Shown here piece after piece: positions 1 to 10,158 of a stretch of 64,000 bases of DNA. The position numbers and the translations under genes are program-made. This DNA is from a virus. Position 1 is the stretch's first letter. The number at the start of each line of letters is the position of its first letter. A model generated the notes under the pieces. It was not told the DNA's origin. It did no database searches and saw only the letters and a program-made list of their open reading frames with translations. The stretch lies in IMG/VR virus record IMGVR_UViG_3300008954_000022, positions 31,673-95,672 of that record; one strand, written 5' to 3'.

Positions 1-2
1 CG

Positions 3-428
3 CTGCAGGGAACATCAGGACTCACCGGAAACACAGTGGCATTTAATACAAGCACCAACTCTTCTCGTGAGGTGGTGTTTGAGCAGACAATTGAGGGTGA
101 GACTAGAATTCCTGAGGGGGTCTCCGACACCTCTTTCATTGTCATGGCACCCGATAGGTTTTTGGCTGTAGAGGGGCGATCGCCTTTCAATACTGAATCA
201 ACAACACGGATTTCATCTTACCTTGTTGAGCAGACGGGGGTTAACAACAAAAACGGGGCCCAGGTGCGGTTCAATCTAGTCCTCCAACCGGGATTGGATG
301 ACACAATTTTCACAATTTATGGAAATCTCGGGGACAAGAATACAATCACAAGCACGTGTGCTGTGATTGGTAATCAGTCCGGATATCGAAAGGACTTCAC
401 TGTGACCATCACGAGACCCACAGCGTAG
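3..428 (+). CDS. Hypothetical virion structural protein, 5'-truncated by the window edge
   Basis: The frame is open from base 3 (LQGTSGLTGNTVAF...) to TAG at 426-428. The product is Thr/Ser/Gly-rich and lies directly upstream of baseplate-type genes. Confidence 0.55.
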   Translation: MQGTSGLTGNTVAFNTSTNSSREVVFEQTIEGETRIPEGVSDTSFIVMAPDRFLAVEGRSPFNTESTTRISSYLVEQTGVNNKNGAQVRFNLVLQPGLDDTIFTIYGNLGDKNTITSTCAVIGNQSGYRKDFTVTITRPTA

Positions 429-446
429 GTAGAGGTAAAATAGACA

Positions 447-1727
447 ATGCCACAATTAACCGGTGGAAGCTTTAAGAGAATACAACCTGAGGACATTAAA
501 GTCCGTCGATCGACACTAAATCAGTTGGTCGATATTATTCAGGAGGACATCTCCGGATCACAGACACGCCGTGCATATCAGGTCTTTGTTACGGGTGGTG
601 TTGGTCCGGGTGTAACTTCGTCCCTGTTCCAGACAGTAAATGATCAGGACTTCTCTCTACAGACTGCCAATCCAATCTTCGACCTAACTGTGGGACTCCA
701 TGCATCGGGAACCACAGTGACGGTTGCGTCCACCGGCCTAGACTCCGCCGGAAAACTTCTGTTCGCATCAAGTTCAGTGATGATGAGAGAGAAGGTGGAC
801 ATCTATAAGCAGTACGCTCAGGCGCTTCTAGGTAATTCAGACTCGGCATTCTACTCGCCAATTGGTTCCACAGACGTGTCTGATCGAATCGATGAGGCCA
901 TGTTTGTCTCCTTTAAACGTCTGTTCGCAAGGGACAAGATCAAGAAAGAGACCTTTGCGATGCGTTTCTATCAAACAGGAACGATGACTGCTACTGAGAC
1001 AGGCGACCATCCGCCACGGCCCACGCTGAACATTACGAGTGAGTCAGGTTCCGTGATCTTCACCGATATTGGCGCAGCGACCAACACCCGACGAATATTT
1101 GGGGGTGACGTCGCAAACGTCGTTGCAGCGTCCAATACAGCTCGACGCGTCGGCCTTATCTTCTATGATCACGGAACAGTACTCCTCGACCTCGCGAAGG
1201 TGATATCAGGGACTCAGCATGTCTCCGGTGTTATTAGGGCGATGAATCAGTACTCACCTGACGGACTCCTAGCGACGGGAACAATGGTCATTGGGCACGG
1301 TTTTGAGAGCGTTGCTGATCCTACGAGACAGATATTCTCAGGCAATCCGAATGCGAAGTACATTCCCGACCTAATGGTGTCGGCATCGATCGATGATATT
1401 GTCAACCATCTAGCAACTACTCGATTCTCCTCAGGAACACTAACAGCGATGACATTCCAGAATGTCACAATGATTAACTCGACGTTGGTCTTCTGCCGGG
1501 CTACTGCGGATGAATTCAATTTCTCCACGAATCCAACATACACAAATAATTCTGGGCGAATTCGAGTGATTGATCAGGGGCAGGAAACACAGAGATCGTT
1601 CTCCTTCCCAACAACAATTGGCCTCCACGATGATTTTGGGAACTTGCTGGCAGTTGCAAAGCTCTCCAGGCCTATTGAGAAAAACGATGAGCGGGATCTC
1701 ACCTTCCGTGTTCGTTTGGACTTCTAG
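447..1727 (+). CDS. Virion structural protein (baseplate/tail associated)
   Basis: 426 aa, GAGG upstream. The C-terminal motif TTIGLHDDFGNLLAVAKLSRPIEK..LTFRVRLDF resembles those of large-phage baseplate/tail-collar-type proteins and is shared with the next gene. Confidence 0.6.
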   Translation: MPQLTGGSFKRIQPEDIKVRRSTLNQLVDIIQEDISGSQTRRAYQVFVTGGVGPGVTSSLFQTVNDQDFSLQTANPIFDLTVGLHASGTTVTVASTGLDSAGKLLFASSSVMMREKVDIYKQYAQALLGNSDSAFYSPIGSTDVSDRIDEAMFVSFKRLFARDKIKKETFAMRFYQTGTMTATETGDHPPRPTLNITSESGSVIFTDIGAATNTRRIFGGDVANVVAASNTARRVGLIFYDHGTVLLDLAKVISGTQHVSGVIRAMNQYSPDGLLATGTMVIGHGFESVADPTRQIFSGNPNAKYIPDLMVSASIDDIVNHLATTRFSSGTLTAMTFQNVTMINSTLVFCRATADEFNFSTNPTYTNNSGRIRVIDQGQETQRSFSFPTTIGLHDDFGNLLAVAKLSRPIEKNDERDLTFRVRLDF

Positions 1728-1765
1728 TGGATCGGTTAATTGAAGTTTCAAGATGACGGCGTTAA

Positions 1766-4700
1766 ATGGCAATTATACCAATACCAATAGAGAATCTTGA
1801 ACGATTTACCCTCACAGCCAATCCCCGCCGGACATTCACATCATCATCCTCAGGACTAACAGGGTCAGTTAAAGTCTTCTCTCGTGCTTCAACCATTGAG
1901 AAGGAGGCACAACCCCTCGAGGATTATGGTGGAGACAGCTGGGGAACAGCTGATGTTGAGGAGCTAAGGGTCCAGACTGTCAGGGACTCTAGGGGTTCAA
2001 GTGATATTTCTGGCAACATCAGTCAGTATTTAGAGACTGTTAACTCCTCTTCAGCATCACCTGCACGTCAGAAGAAGGTGGAGGTCATTCGATTCGAGCC
2101 CTCCTTCAAGCTGACCAGTGACTCCCTTCGAAAGAATGTGGTGAGAAAGGTGCTCTTTCCCACATATCGAAGCACCTACCCCACATTGCAGTGGGCGTAT
2201 CCCAACTACCACACCCTACACTTCTTTACGTCCGACACGACTCCCACGGGATCTGTCCTCATATATCCAGCTGCTACTTCTTCCGGGGAGACCAATGAGG
2301 TCGACAACTTCATGTACTCACCCCACAAGGAGTTTACGTTCGATTTCTACATCAATCCGAAGTATTCGTCTGAACCGAACGACTCGAAATTCACTTCTAC
2401 TGCAACATTCACGTTCTCAGATAAGCCTCCTGAAGAGTCCGCTATCACCCTGTTAGATAGCGATGGGACTTCGGTTGCTTTCGAAATAGATAACGAGAAT
2501 AATGGTCTTAAACCACCAGCAGCCACCTTTACGCTAACCGACAAACCTAACGAAGGCAGTACAATCAATTTGATTGATGGTGATGGAACCTCAGTTACGT
2601 TTGAAGTTGATAACGAGAACAACGGTGTCTCTGCAGGCAATGTTGCTCTCAACGGAATCTATGCTGCAGGTGGCGGCGCCACAGGAACCGCTGCAGATCT
2701 TGCTGCAAAGATTAATGCTCAGTCTGCGTTAGATATGACAGCATCAGCGTCAGGAATTGGAGTAATAACCGTAACCCAGGGTTCAACTGTCGGCCGAAGC
2801 GGCAATACTACAATCACAGTAAATGACGCCGCTCACTGGAACAGCGTGTGCAGTGTAAATGTCCCCTCAGCTTTCACTGGTGGGCGTGGAGATGTCGCTG
2901 TAAGTGGAATTGCTGCCGCCGGCGGCGGCGCCACGGGAACTGCTGCAGATCTTACTGCAAAGATTAATGCACAATCATCCCTGGATATAGTAGCTACAAA
3001 TCCCTCTGCGGGAGTAGTCTTACTCACGCAAGGTGCTGTCGAAACAAGCGCGGGTAATACTGCAATTACCCTAGACAATGCCGCTGCATGGAACGCAAGC
3101 ACTAGTGTTAACGTTCCATCTACATTTACAGGCGGCACTGAGCCTGGAAGAACAGTGTACCATCCGGGCACGGTCATTCACATGTCTTCCTCGTACGCAG
3201 TGAGCCTAATCTCGGGCTCATCGAAGGATCACAACGGCAAGACGGATGGCTTCAGGATAATGTTGCAGCTGAGCAACAGTGCTGAGACATCGCCCAGGAA
3301 TACTGTAGTAACAGCTAATAGTGCGAATCAGCCCTTCCCGCAACGAGCGGTCGGTACAGGAGAACAGATCAGTGACATGGTATTCTTCTCGAAGGACAAC
3401 GCGCTCAAGAGAAATCACTGGCATCATGTCGCTATTAGGTGGGGTTCCTCGATTAACAACGGCACAGGATCGTTCGTGATCGACGGAAAGGAGGACGCGA
3501 CATTTGTGGTAACAGCCTCCTCAGTGATGCCCCAGGCCTTTGAACCACCGTACGGTGATCCCGACGCCGTTTTTGTGGGCAACTTCTATGACGGTCCCAA
3601 CAATGGTACACTGGATGGCTCAGGTGTTGTAGCACAGTTCTTCAATGCCAATGCTGCCCACCGTGAGGGTGTTACCAGCATGTTCACGAATGACTCGTAC
3701 GACATGTCTAATGTAGATGCCACACACAATGATATAGCAGAACACAAGATAAGATTCTCACACCCATTAAGGGCGGAGATCCACGATCTCAAGATATTCA
3801 ACACTTACCACTCACTGCAACAGATAGCCTCATCCTCTCAGAAGGGACCTGATCCCCTTCCAGCTGACCTGATCTTCTATGTGCCACCTTTCTTTGTGAA
3901 GGAGACTAAGGAGCGGGAGGTGATGCAGACACCGTTCCAGACAGTTCGATCGACCACAGATGATCCCTTTAACGTTGCCCTGTCGTTCGGCGTCGGTGGC
4001 CACATGTTGAACCTTCCAAACTTTACCCGAGAGTTCGTTAACGGCCTCTATCCTCGCCTCTTCAATCTGACGGGATCGACAATTGATGTGACCACGAACA
4101 CGGCAGAGCTGTGTAACCTGTGGCTCTACCGAAATGCGTCACTGAGAAAGAGAAACCTCACAGTGCTACCGTGTGATAACGGGAGGTTCAGTCCGTCATT
4201 CAACCTCCTCAAGTCAGGAACCCGAGTCGAAGTCCCTGCATCCGGATCACTGATCGATAGGTTTGTTAATGACTCTGGAAATATTGACTACGGCCTTATC
4301 AACCTCTCGAACATGGTCAGCACCGCATCCCTACCGGAGGGGCTGATCGATATAACCAGTGAGAACCGCGGAAGGCAAGGAGTAGGAACTCAGGCTGCCT
4401 CTGCAGAGATTGTCTACACAGCAACCAAGACTGCGGATCAGACAACTATAAGCCTAACAGGATTACGCAAGAACTCGGTGACAAACTCTTATGACAGAGT
4501 GACGAAGGTCTACCGATTCGTATTCACAGGCGGTGTCAACGGAGATGTTCAGGGGGGCAAGGTTATAGTTGATGCCAGCAGCGCCGATGCCGATACTGTC
4601 TACGACAATTTTGTGTCTGCTGTCAATGGCTCCACCGGGCACGCAGGTCTAATTCTGGCCAGCAGAGATGCCAACGACACCGATGACTACGCCGGAGTGG

Positions 4701-5449
4701 TGACCCTCAATCAGCGCGCAGTGGGAACTATAGGGAACACTAATATAGGGCACAACCTCACGAACCTGTACAGGACATTGACCTCATTCACAGGCGGGAA
4801 GGACAATTCTGACTCCTCTATTTCCAACTCTCTAGAGGGCGCGCCGCCCGAGGATCCGGGTGTGGCCAAGTCCGGTATTCTGACGATTCTGAATAGGACG
4901 AAGGACCCCTCCTCGAACCAGGTTGCATTCTTTGACGTGTCGAACCTCTTCTATGGGAATCAGATTAGGCGTGGATCGTTCCAGGTGACAGACACTAGTG
5001 TAACTGGATCTGGTGGCGTTTTATCAGTTACACTCAGGGATGATGGACACGGAGGCCTCTACCGTGCCGATGCCCTATCGAAGCACGCCACGTGGAACGC
5101 TGTGGGCAATATCATCTATGAAGAGGGTATTGCTGTTGTTAAGACACCGAACATTCCTATTTTTGGGGCCGACGAGTGGACAACCAGCTTCGAGGGTGAG
5201 CACAATGTGCACGTCCTGGAGATAAACGTGCCCTGCCCCAAGGGAACCGTCAACTCCTCCTCCAATCCGACCTTCAAGGCGCTTAAGCCCACAGACTACG
5301 CCAATGAGACAGCGTCTCAATTTAGTTACATTACAAGTGTAAATCTCCACGATGAGAGTTTTAATGTAATAGGAAGGGCCAACTTGGCCCAACCCATTGT
5401 GAAGAGGGACTCCGATGGATACCTCTTCAGGTTGAGGATCGATTATTGA
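1766..5449 (+). CDS. Large baseplate/tail-associated protein with LamG/concanavalin-like domain and inserted repeat modules
   Basis: 1227 aa. LamG-like segments FTFDFYINP...HWHHVAIRW...FVIDG...IHDLKIFN; internal repeats ending in FTGG; C-terminus YITSVNLHDESFNVIGRANLAQPIVK..LFRLRIDY is paralogous to 447..1727. Confidence 0.6.
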   Translation: MAIIPIPIENLERFTLTANPRRTFTSSSSGLTGSVKVFSRASTIEKEAQPLEDYGGDSWGTADVEELRVQTVRDSRGSSDISGNISQYLETVNSSSASPARQKKVEVIRFEPSFKLTSDSLRKNVVRKVLFPTYRSTYPTLQWAYPNYHTLHFFTSDTTPTGSVLIYPAATSSGETNEVDNFMYSPHKEFTFDFYINPKYSSEPNDSKFTSTATFTFSDKPPEESAITLLDSDGTSVAFEIDNENNGLKPPAATFTLTDKPNEGSTINLIDGDGTSVTFEVDNENNGVSAGNVALNGIYAAGGGATGTAADLAAKINAQSALDMTASASGIGVITVTQGSTVGRSGNTTITVNDAAHWNSVCSVNVPSAFTGGRGDVAVSGIAAAGGGATGTAADLTAKINAQSSLDIVATNPSAGVVLLTQGAVETSAGNTAITLDNAAAWNASTSVNVPSTFTGGTEPGRTVYHPGTVIHMSSSYAVSLISGSSKDHNGKTDGFRIMLQLSNSAETSPRNTVVTANSANQPFPQRAVGTGEQISDMVFFSKDNALKRNHWHHVAIRWGSSINNGTGSFVIDGKEDATFVVTASSVMPQAFEPPYGDPDAVFVGNFYDGPNNGTLDGSGVVAQFFNANAAHREGVTSMFTNDSYDMSNVDATHNDIAEHKIRFSHPLRAEIHDLKIFNTYHSLQQIASSSQKGPDPLPADLIFYVPPFFVKETKEREVMQTPFQTVRSTTDDPFNVALSFGVGGHMLNLPNFTREFVNGLYPRLFNLTGSTIDVTTNTAELCNLWLYRNASLRKRNLTVLPCDNGRFSPSFNLLKSGTRVEVPASGSLIDRFVNDSGNIDYGLINLSNMVSTASLPEGLIDITSENRGRQGVGTQAASAEIVYTATKTADQTTISLTGLRKNSVTNSYDRVTKVYRFVFTGGVNGDVQGGKVIVDASSADADTVYDNFVSAVNGSTGHAGLILASRDANDTDDYAGVVTLNQRAVGTIGNTNIGHNLTNLYRTLTSFTGGKDNSDSSISNSLEGAPPEDPGVAKSGILTILNRTKDPSSNQVAFFDVSNLFYGNQIRRGSFQVTDTSVTGSGGVLSVTLRDDGHGGLYRADALSKHATWNAVGNIIYEEGIAVVKTPNIPIFGADEWTTSFEGEHNVHVLEINVPCPKGTVNSSSNPTFKALKPTDYANETASQFSYITSVNLHDESFNVIGRANLAQPIVKRDSDGYLFRLRIDY
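2399..3136 (+). repeat. Nested duplicated ~120-aa module (copy B inserted inside copy A) within 1766..5449
   Basis: TATFTFSDKP..DSDGTSVAFEIDNENNG and AATFTLTDKP..DGDGTSVTFEVDNENNG, followed by two copies of ..AAGGGATGTAADL.AKINAQS.LD..VNVPS.FTGG. Confidence 0.85.
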
Positions 5450-6021
5450 TGTCATGCTGTTTGGGACTGGACATATCCACCTCTAAGACAGGTTGGTGTG
5501 TGATGTACACAGATGAACACCAGAGCTTATCCAAGGTGGAAATGGGGTGTATACACCTAAGTGACTGGAAGGATAGCTTCAGTAAAGCCCAGAGGGTCTT
5601 GGATGTTCTTCAGGAGCTGCAACGTCAGCATCCCATTGAACGGGTGTTCGTTGAGGAGAACCTACAGCGTTTTCGAAGGGGTTTTTCATCTGCCAAAACG
5701 CTGGCAGCTCTGGCCAGATTTAACGGTGTGGTCTCGTATTTGAGTGAGGCTACATTCAAGATCGGTCCCGAGTTCCTAAATGTGAACTCCGCGAGAAAGA
5801 GCGTTGGTCTTCGCCTGCAGAAGGAGGCAGTTTGTGGGAAGACGACCAAGCAGCAGGTTCTGGATTGGGTCTCCAATCGCCTCGATGATGACTATCAATG
5901 GCCAGTTAAGGTTCTCAAGAGCGGTCCGCGCCGCGGCCAGGAGATTTTAGAGCCTGGATGTTATGATATGGCAGACGCGTATGTTGTGGCTCTTGCTGGT
6001 GTGTTGAACAACAATACATAG
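5449..6021 (+). CDS. RuvC-like Holliday junction resolvase
   Basis: GLDISTSKTGW, VFVEE and DMADAYVVA give the RNase H-fold acidic residues. The ATG overlaps the upstream stop (TGATG at 5447-5451). Confidence 0.8.
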   Translation: MSCCLGLDISTSKTGWCVMYTDEHQSLSKVEMGCIHLSDWKDSFSKAQRVLDVLQELQRQHPIERVFVEENLQRFRRGFSSAKTLAALARFNGVVSYLSEATFKIGPEFLNVNSARKSVGLRLQKEAVCGKTTKQQVLDWVSNRLDDDYQWPVKVLKSGPRRGQEILEPGCYDMADAYVVALAGVLNNNT

Positions 6022-6033
6022 ACACAGTATACT
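6004..6033 (+). promoter_or_regulatory. Putative sigma70-type promoter for primase (probably leaderless transcript)
   Basis: TTGAAC-N18-TATACT. The ATG is 7 nt after the -10 box and has no SD sequence. Confidence 0.5.
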
Positions 6034-6040
6034 TCTACTG

Positions 6041-7009
6041 ATGAATTTGTTCTCGAGTAAGGCCGCGCTCCTGCGGCGCGCCTTTGGTAGTGTAGAGATT
6101 AGCAGGGATCAGGTCAATGTGGCCATCAAGTGTCCCAAGTGTGCTGATGCCCGCTCCAGCAAGAGAAAACTCGTTGTGAGGTTGGATGATGGACGCTATC
6201 ACTGTTGGGTCTGTGGTCTTAAGGGTCGAAAAGTTGTCAATCTCTTTCGAAAGTATGCACCTAGTCATGTTGAGGAACTCAAGGATTTTGGTTGGGCTAA
6301 CGGAGATCACTCAAATGATTCTCCAGTTGAGCTGGAAGAGCCTGATATCGAAATACCACAGGGCTTTGTTCTCCTGGCCGATTCCCTGAAAAGCCGGGAT
6401 CCGGATGTGAAGGAGACAGTTCGATACGTTCGAGAGCGTGGTCTGAGTATTCGGGACTTGTGGTACTATAAGATGGGGACAACAACAAAAGGAAGATTCA
6501 GACGCAGGGCTATTATACCATCTTTCGATGCAGAAGGGAATCTAAATTATTTCGCAGCACGATCAATTGACAGCACCACTCACATGAAATATCTCAATGC
6601 GAAGGTCCCAAAGAAGCAGGTGATATTCAATGAGCTCAATATCAGGTGGGATGAAGAGCTCACAATTGTTGAGGGTCCACTTGATCTGGTGAAGTGCGAC
6701 GACAATGCGACGTGTCTCCTGGGATCACACCTCGCGGAGGACTCCATCCTTTTTCGAAAGATTATTAGAAATCAGACACCCATTGTGCTAGCCCTCGACA
6801 CTGATGCGAGACTCAAGGCTCACAATTTAGCGAGATCCCTATCGTCATATGGGATTAGGGTTCGCATGGCCTCTCTTCCTTCTGAGTTGGACGTGGGAGA
6901 TCTCTCCCGTCGACAGTTCAGCAAGATGAAGCAGGAGGCGACATTGTGGCAGTCGACACACCGCTTGTGTGAAATCATTGGTGGAATCAAGACTGGCTCA
7001 ATTATTTAG
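6041..7009 (+). CDS. DNA primase (Zn finger + TOPRIM)
   Basis: CPKC...YHCWVC zinc-binding domain; IIPSFD..GNLNYFAAR; KYLN; TOPRIM IVEGPLD and LALDTD. Confidence 0.85.
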   Translation: MNLFSSKAALLRRAFGSVEISRDQVNVAIKCPKCADARSSKRKLVVRLDDGRYHCWVCGLKGRKVVNLFRKYAPSHVEELKDFGWANGDHSNDSPVELEEPDIEIPQGFVLLADSLKSRDPDVKETVRYVRERGLSIRDLWYYKMGTTTKGRFRRRAIIPSFDAEGNLNYFAARSIDSTTHMKYLNAKVPKKQVIFNELNIRWDEELTIVEGPLDLVKCDDNATCLLGSHLAEDSILFRKIIRNQTPIVLALDTDARLKAHNLARSLSSYGIRVRMASLPSELDVGDLSRRQFSKMKQEATLWQSTHRLCEIIGGIKTGSII

Positions 7010-7017
7010 GAGTTGCG

Positions 7018-10000
7018 GTGACATTTAGGTGTGCCCATTTAAGCGATGTGCACTGGCGGGGACTCACGAGACATGATGAGTATCGTGAAGCTTTCAGCCA
7101 GATGTTCGAGACATTCAGGGATCTGAATCTAGACGCCATTTTTGTGGGAGGGGACATTGTTCACTCCAAGACACAAGGTATATCACCGGAGCTGATAGAC
7201 TGTCTCTCATGGTGGTTTTCAGAGATGGCGGATATTGCCCCGACTCATATCATCTTGGGAAATCATGATGGTCTGATAATGAATAAGCACCGTCAGGATG
7301 CGATAACCCCCATTGTCAATGCCCTGGGTCATTCCAATCTCCACCTCTACAAGAGTTCCGGAACTTATCCTATCGGGGTGCCAGGCTATAACTGGTGTGT
7401 CTTCTCGTGCTTTGATGAGGAGTCCTGGCCAGATGTGAAACCGGTGCAGGGTGAGATTAATATAGCAACCTTCCATGGGGGTGTTCAGGGATCGACAACC
7501 GACATCAACTGGGATATTGAGGGTGACGTCGACCTGGATTTCTTTGATGACTTTGATTTTACCTTCCTGGGTGATATTCACAAGTTGCAGTATCTGGATG
7601 ATGAGAAAAGAGTAGCTTATCCCGGGTCGACAATACAACAGAATTACGGTGAGGATCCCGGGAAGGGTTTCCTCTTCTGGGAGATAGAGGATAGGGATAC
7701 GTTCACCAGCACTTTCTACGAGATTCCCCACTCTTGTCCATTTGTTACAATCGACTGGGCTGGGAATGTCAAGGACACAGTCTCTTTAGCCGCAGCCCAT
7801 CCCAATCTATCGAGGTTTAGGGTACGCACTGACAGCCCAATCTCCCAGGCTGAGATAAAGCACCTCCACAGTGCACTCAAGAATCAGAAACGCGCCACAG
7901 AAATAGTCTTTAAGCATGATCACACGATCGATGTGTCAACGATTCAGACCAGCGCAGGGGATTTTTTCACAGAGGACCTCCGTGATGTCAACACCCATGT
8001 GCGTCTAATGAGGGAGTACTACTCAGAGATAGATATTTCTGATGAGCAGTGGGAAAGGTTGGAGGGGCTCATAGCCAAGTACGTGACACCTGCTTCTAAG
8101 ACAGATGTTGTACGAAATATCAAGTGGTCAGTGCAGCGGCTGGAGTTCGATAACACCTTCTCGTACGGTAAGGGAAACATCATTAACTTTGACGCCCTGG
8201 GTGGGATTCTCGGTCTCTTCGGCAAGAACCGTGCTGGGAAATCATCGATCCCAGGCACTATGATGTATTCACTTTTTAATACTACAGATCGCGGCCCTAT
8301 CAAGAACCTTCACATCATCAACATGCGAAAGGGGTACTGTCTAGGAAAAGTGTACCTGTCAGCGAATGGAAAGAGATACCTCGTTGAGAGACAGTCTGTT
8401 CGAAAGACCTCTCGGAGGGGAGTCGAGAATGCGGTAACACACCTCAATTTGAGCGAGATTGATGAGGTAGGAAATCAGATAATTGATATGAATGGCTCCC
8501 AGAGACGGGAGACTGAGAAGTCTCTTAGACAAATTGTGGGAACTGCTGACGACTTCCTAATGACATCCCTGGCCAGCCAGGGCCAGATGAATAACTTCAT
8601 CAGACATAAGGCAACCCAGCGCAAGGCCATTCTCACCAAGTTTCTTGACCTCAACATATTCGATGACATTCTAAACCTCGCCAAGGAGGATTCCTCCGAA
8701 TTAAAAAGCATCCTGGGAAATGCCTCGGACAGGGACTGGGACACTCTAATATCTGAAAAGAACACTCTCAAGAGAAAGAAGTCGAAGGAACGACGAGAGA
8801 TAGAGGCAAGCATAGCCAGGCATCGAAAGCAGCTTCAGGAGATAACAGTTGCGATTGCCACACACTCGAATAAGGATCTGGTCACTGAGAGCGATGTGAG
8901 TCAGAAGGAAGCAGGCATCGCAGATTCCAGGCTGCAGTTAACCGGGATGACAGAACAGTCTCAAGCATCTCTGGAAAAGATAAGGGAGATAGAGGCAACT
9001 CTAAAATCGATTGATTCAGTGAAGGATCAGTTCCCAATCGAGGATCTCCGACAACGTCGGGATGCCCAACAAGACCTTGAGCGAGCGCTGGTTGAACTGG
9101 GCCACACTCACGAGAGGGAAAAGACGCTTCTCAAGAGCCAGAAGAAGTCCATTAAGCTTCTAGAGGAGGTTCCGTGTGGGGATACATTCCCCACTTGCAA
9201 GTTCATCAAGACATCCCACGAGAATAAGAAGAAACTGGATGATCAGGAACGCCTGGTTACAGAGTCATTGGACAGGGTGAAGGCATCGAAAAAGTCACTG
9301 AAGGTTCTTACGAGGGAGAATCTCTCTGAGAAGATTGAGAAGTATGACAAGATCCTGACTCGCGAGAATAATCTCAAGATAAAGCTCTCTAATCAGAAAC
9401 TCGACTTGACGAGGGTGAACAATCGAAAGAAAGTGCTTCAGGATCTGATCGATAATGCAGACAGAGAGCTCCAGGGAATGCGCCTTCGGGTCTCTACTTC
9501 CACTGAGGCCCAAAAGGTAAGTGCTGCTCGTCAGGAAATGAATACGATCAATGACAAGATCAACAACTTCGACGCTCAGCGTATTAAGCTTACCGAGTCT
9601 ATCGGTCACCTCGATGCTGAGATAACTCTCCACAAGAAGGATAAAGAGAAGTACGGCGACCTAATTGAGCAGTGGAAGATGTATGAACTCCTCCTGGGCG
9701 CTGTCTCCAAGAAGGGTATTCCTCTCCAGATAATGGCATCCCAGCTACCTGCGATCAACAAGGAGATCTCACAGATTCTCCAAGGAGTTGTTGGTTTCAC
9801 TGTGGAACTCGAGGCAGATGCTGGAACGAATGACATGGATATCTACATCAACTACGGCGACTCGCGCAGGATTATTGAGTGTGCTAGTGGCATGGAGAAG
9901 ATGATGGCATCCCTCGCAATTCGGGTAGCCCTTATCAATGTCAGCTCTCTTCCCAAGACAGATCTTCTCATTATTGATGAGGGGTTCGGCGCGCTGGATG

Positions 10001-10158
10001 ATATGAACATTGAGGCGTGCACTCGCCTACTTGATTCCCTCCGACGGTGGTTCAAACACATTCTGGTAATATCACATGTTGATGCTGTGAAGGATGCAGT
10101 GGACAATGTAATCGAGATCTCCCAGAGAGAGAAGAACGCGGTGGTCATCTGTGAGTGA
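7018..10158 (+). CDS. Fused Mre11/SbcD nuclease - Rad50/SbcC ATPase (T4 gp47-gp46-like)
   Basis: N-terminal metallophosphoesterase motifs SDVH, GGDIVH, GNHD and LGDIH. These are followed by Walker A GKNRAGKSS, Q-loop, long coiled coil, signature SGMEK, Walker B IIDEGFGALD and H-loop ISH. Confidence 0.9.
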   Translation: MTFRCAHLSDVHWRGLTRHDEYREAFSQMFETFRDLNLDAIFVGGDIVHSKTQGISPELIDCLSWWFSEMADIAPTHIILGNHDGLIMNKHRQDAITPIVNALGHSNLHLYKSSGTYPIGVPGYNWCVFSCFDEESWPDVKPVQGEINIATFHGGVQGSTTDINWDIEGDVDLDFFDDFDFTFLGDIHKLQYLDDEKRVAYPGSTIQQNYGEDPGKGFLFWEIEDRDTFTSTFYEIPHSCPFVTIDWAGNVKDTVSLAAAHPNLSRFRVRTDSPISQAEIKHLHSALKNQKRATEIVFKHDHTIDVSTIQTSAGDFFTEDLRDVNTHVRLMREYYSEIDISDEQWERLEGLIAKYVTPASKTDVVRNIKWSVQRLEFDNTFSYGKGNIINFDALGGILGLFGKNRAGKSSIPGTMMYSLFNTTDRGPIKNLHIINMRKGYCLGKVYLSANGKRYLVERQSVRKTSRRGVENAVTHLNLSEIDEVGNQIIDMNGSQRRETEKSLRQIVGTADDFLMTSLASQGQMNNFIRHKATQRKAILTKFLDLNIFDDILNLAKEDSSELKSILGNASDRDWDTLISEKNTLKRKKSKERREIEASIARHRKQLQEITVAIATHSNKDLVTESDVSQKEAGIADSRLQLTGMTEQSQASLEKIREIEATLKSIDSVKDQFPIEDLRQRRDAQQDLERALVELGHTHEREKTLLKSQKKSIKLLEEVPCGDTFPTCKFIKTSHENKKKLDDQERLVTESLDRVKASKKSLKVLTRENLSEKIEKYDKILTRENNLKIKLSNQKLDLTRVNNRKKVLQDLIDNADRELQGMRLRVSTSTEAQKVSAARQEMNTINDKINNFDAQRIKLTESIGHLDAEITLHKKDKEKYGDLIEQWKMYELLLGAVSKKGIPLQIMASQLPAINKEISQILQGVVGFTVELEADAGTNDMDIYINYGDSRRIIECASGMEKMMASLAIRVALINVSSLPKTDLLIIDEGFGALDDMNIEACTRLLDSLRRWFKHILVISHVDAVKDAVDNVIEISQREKNAVVICE

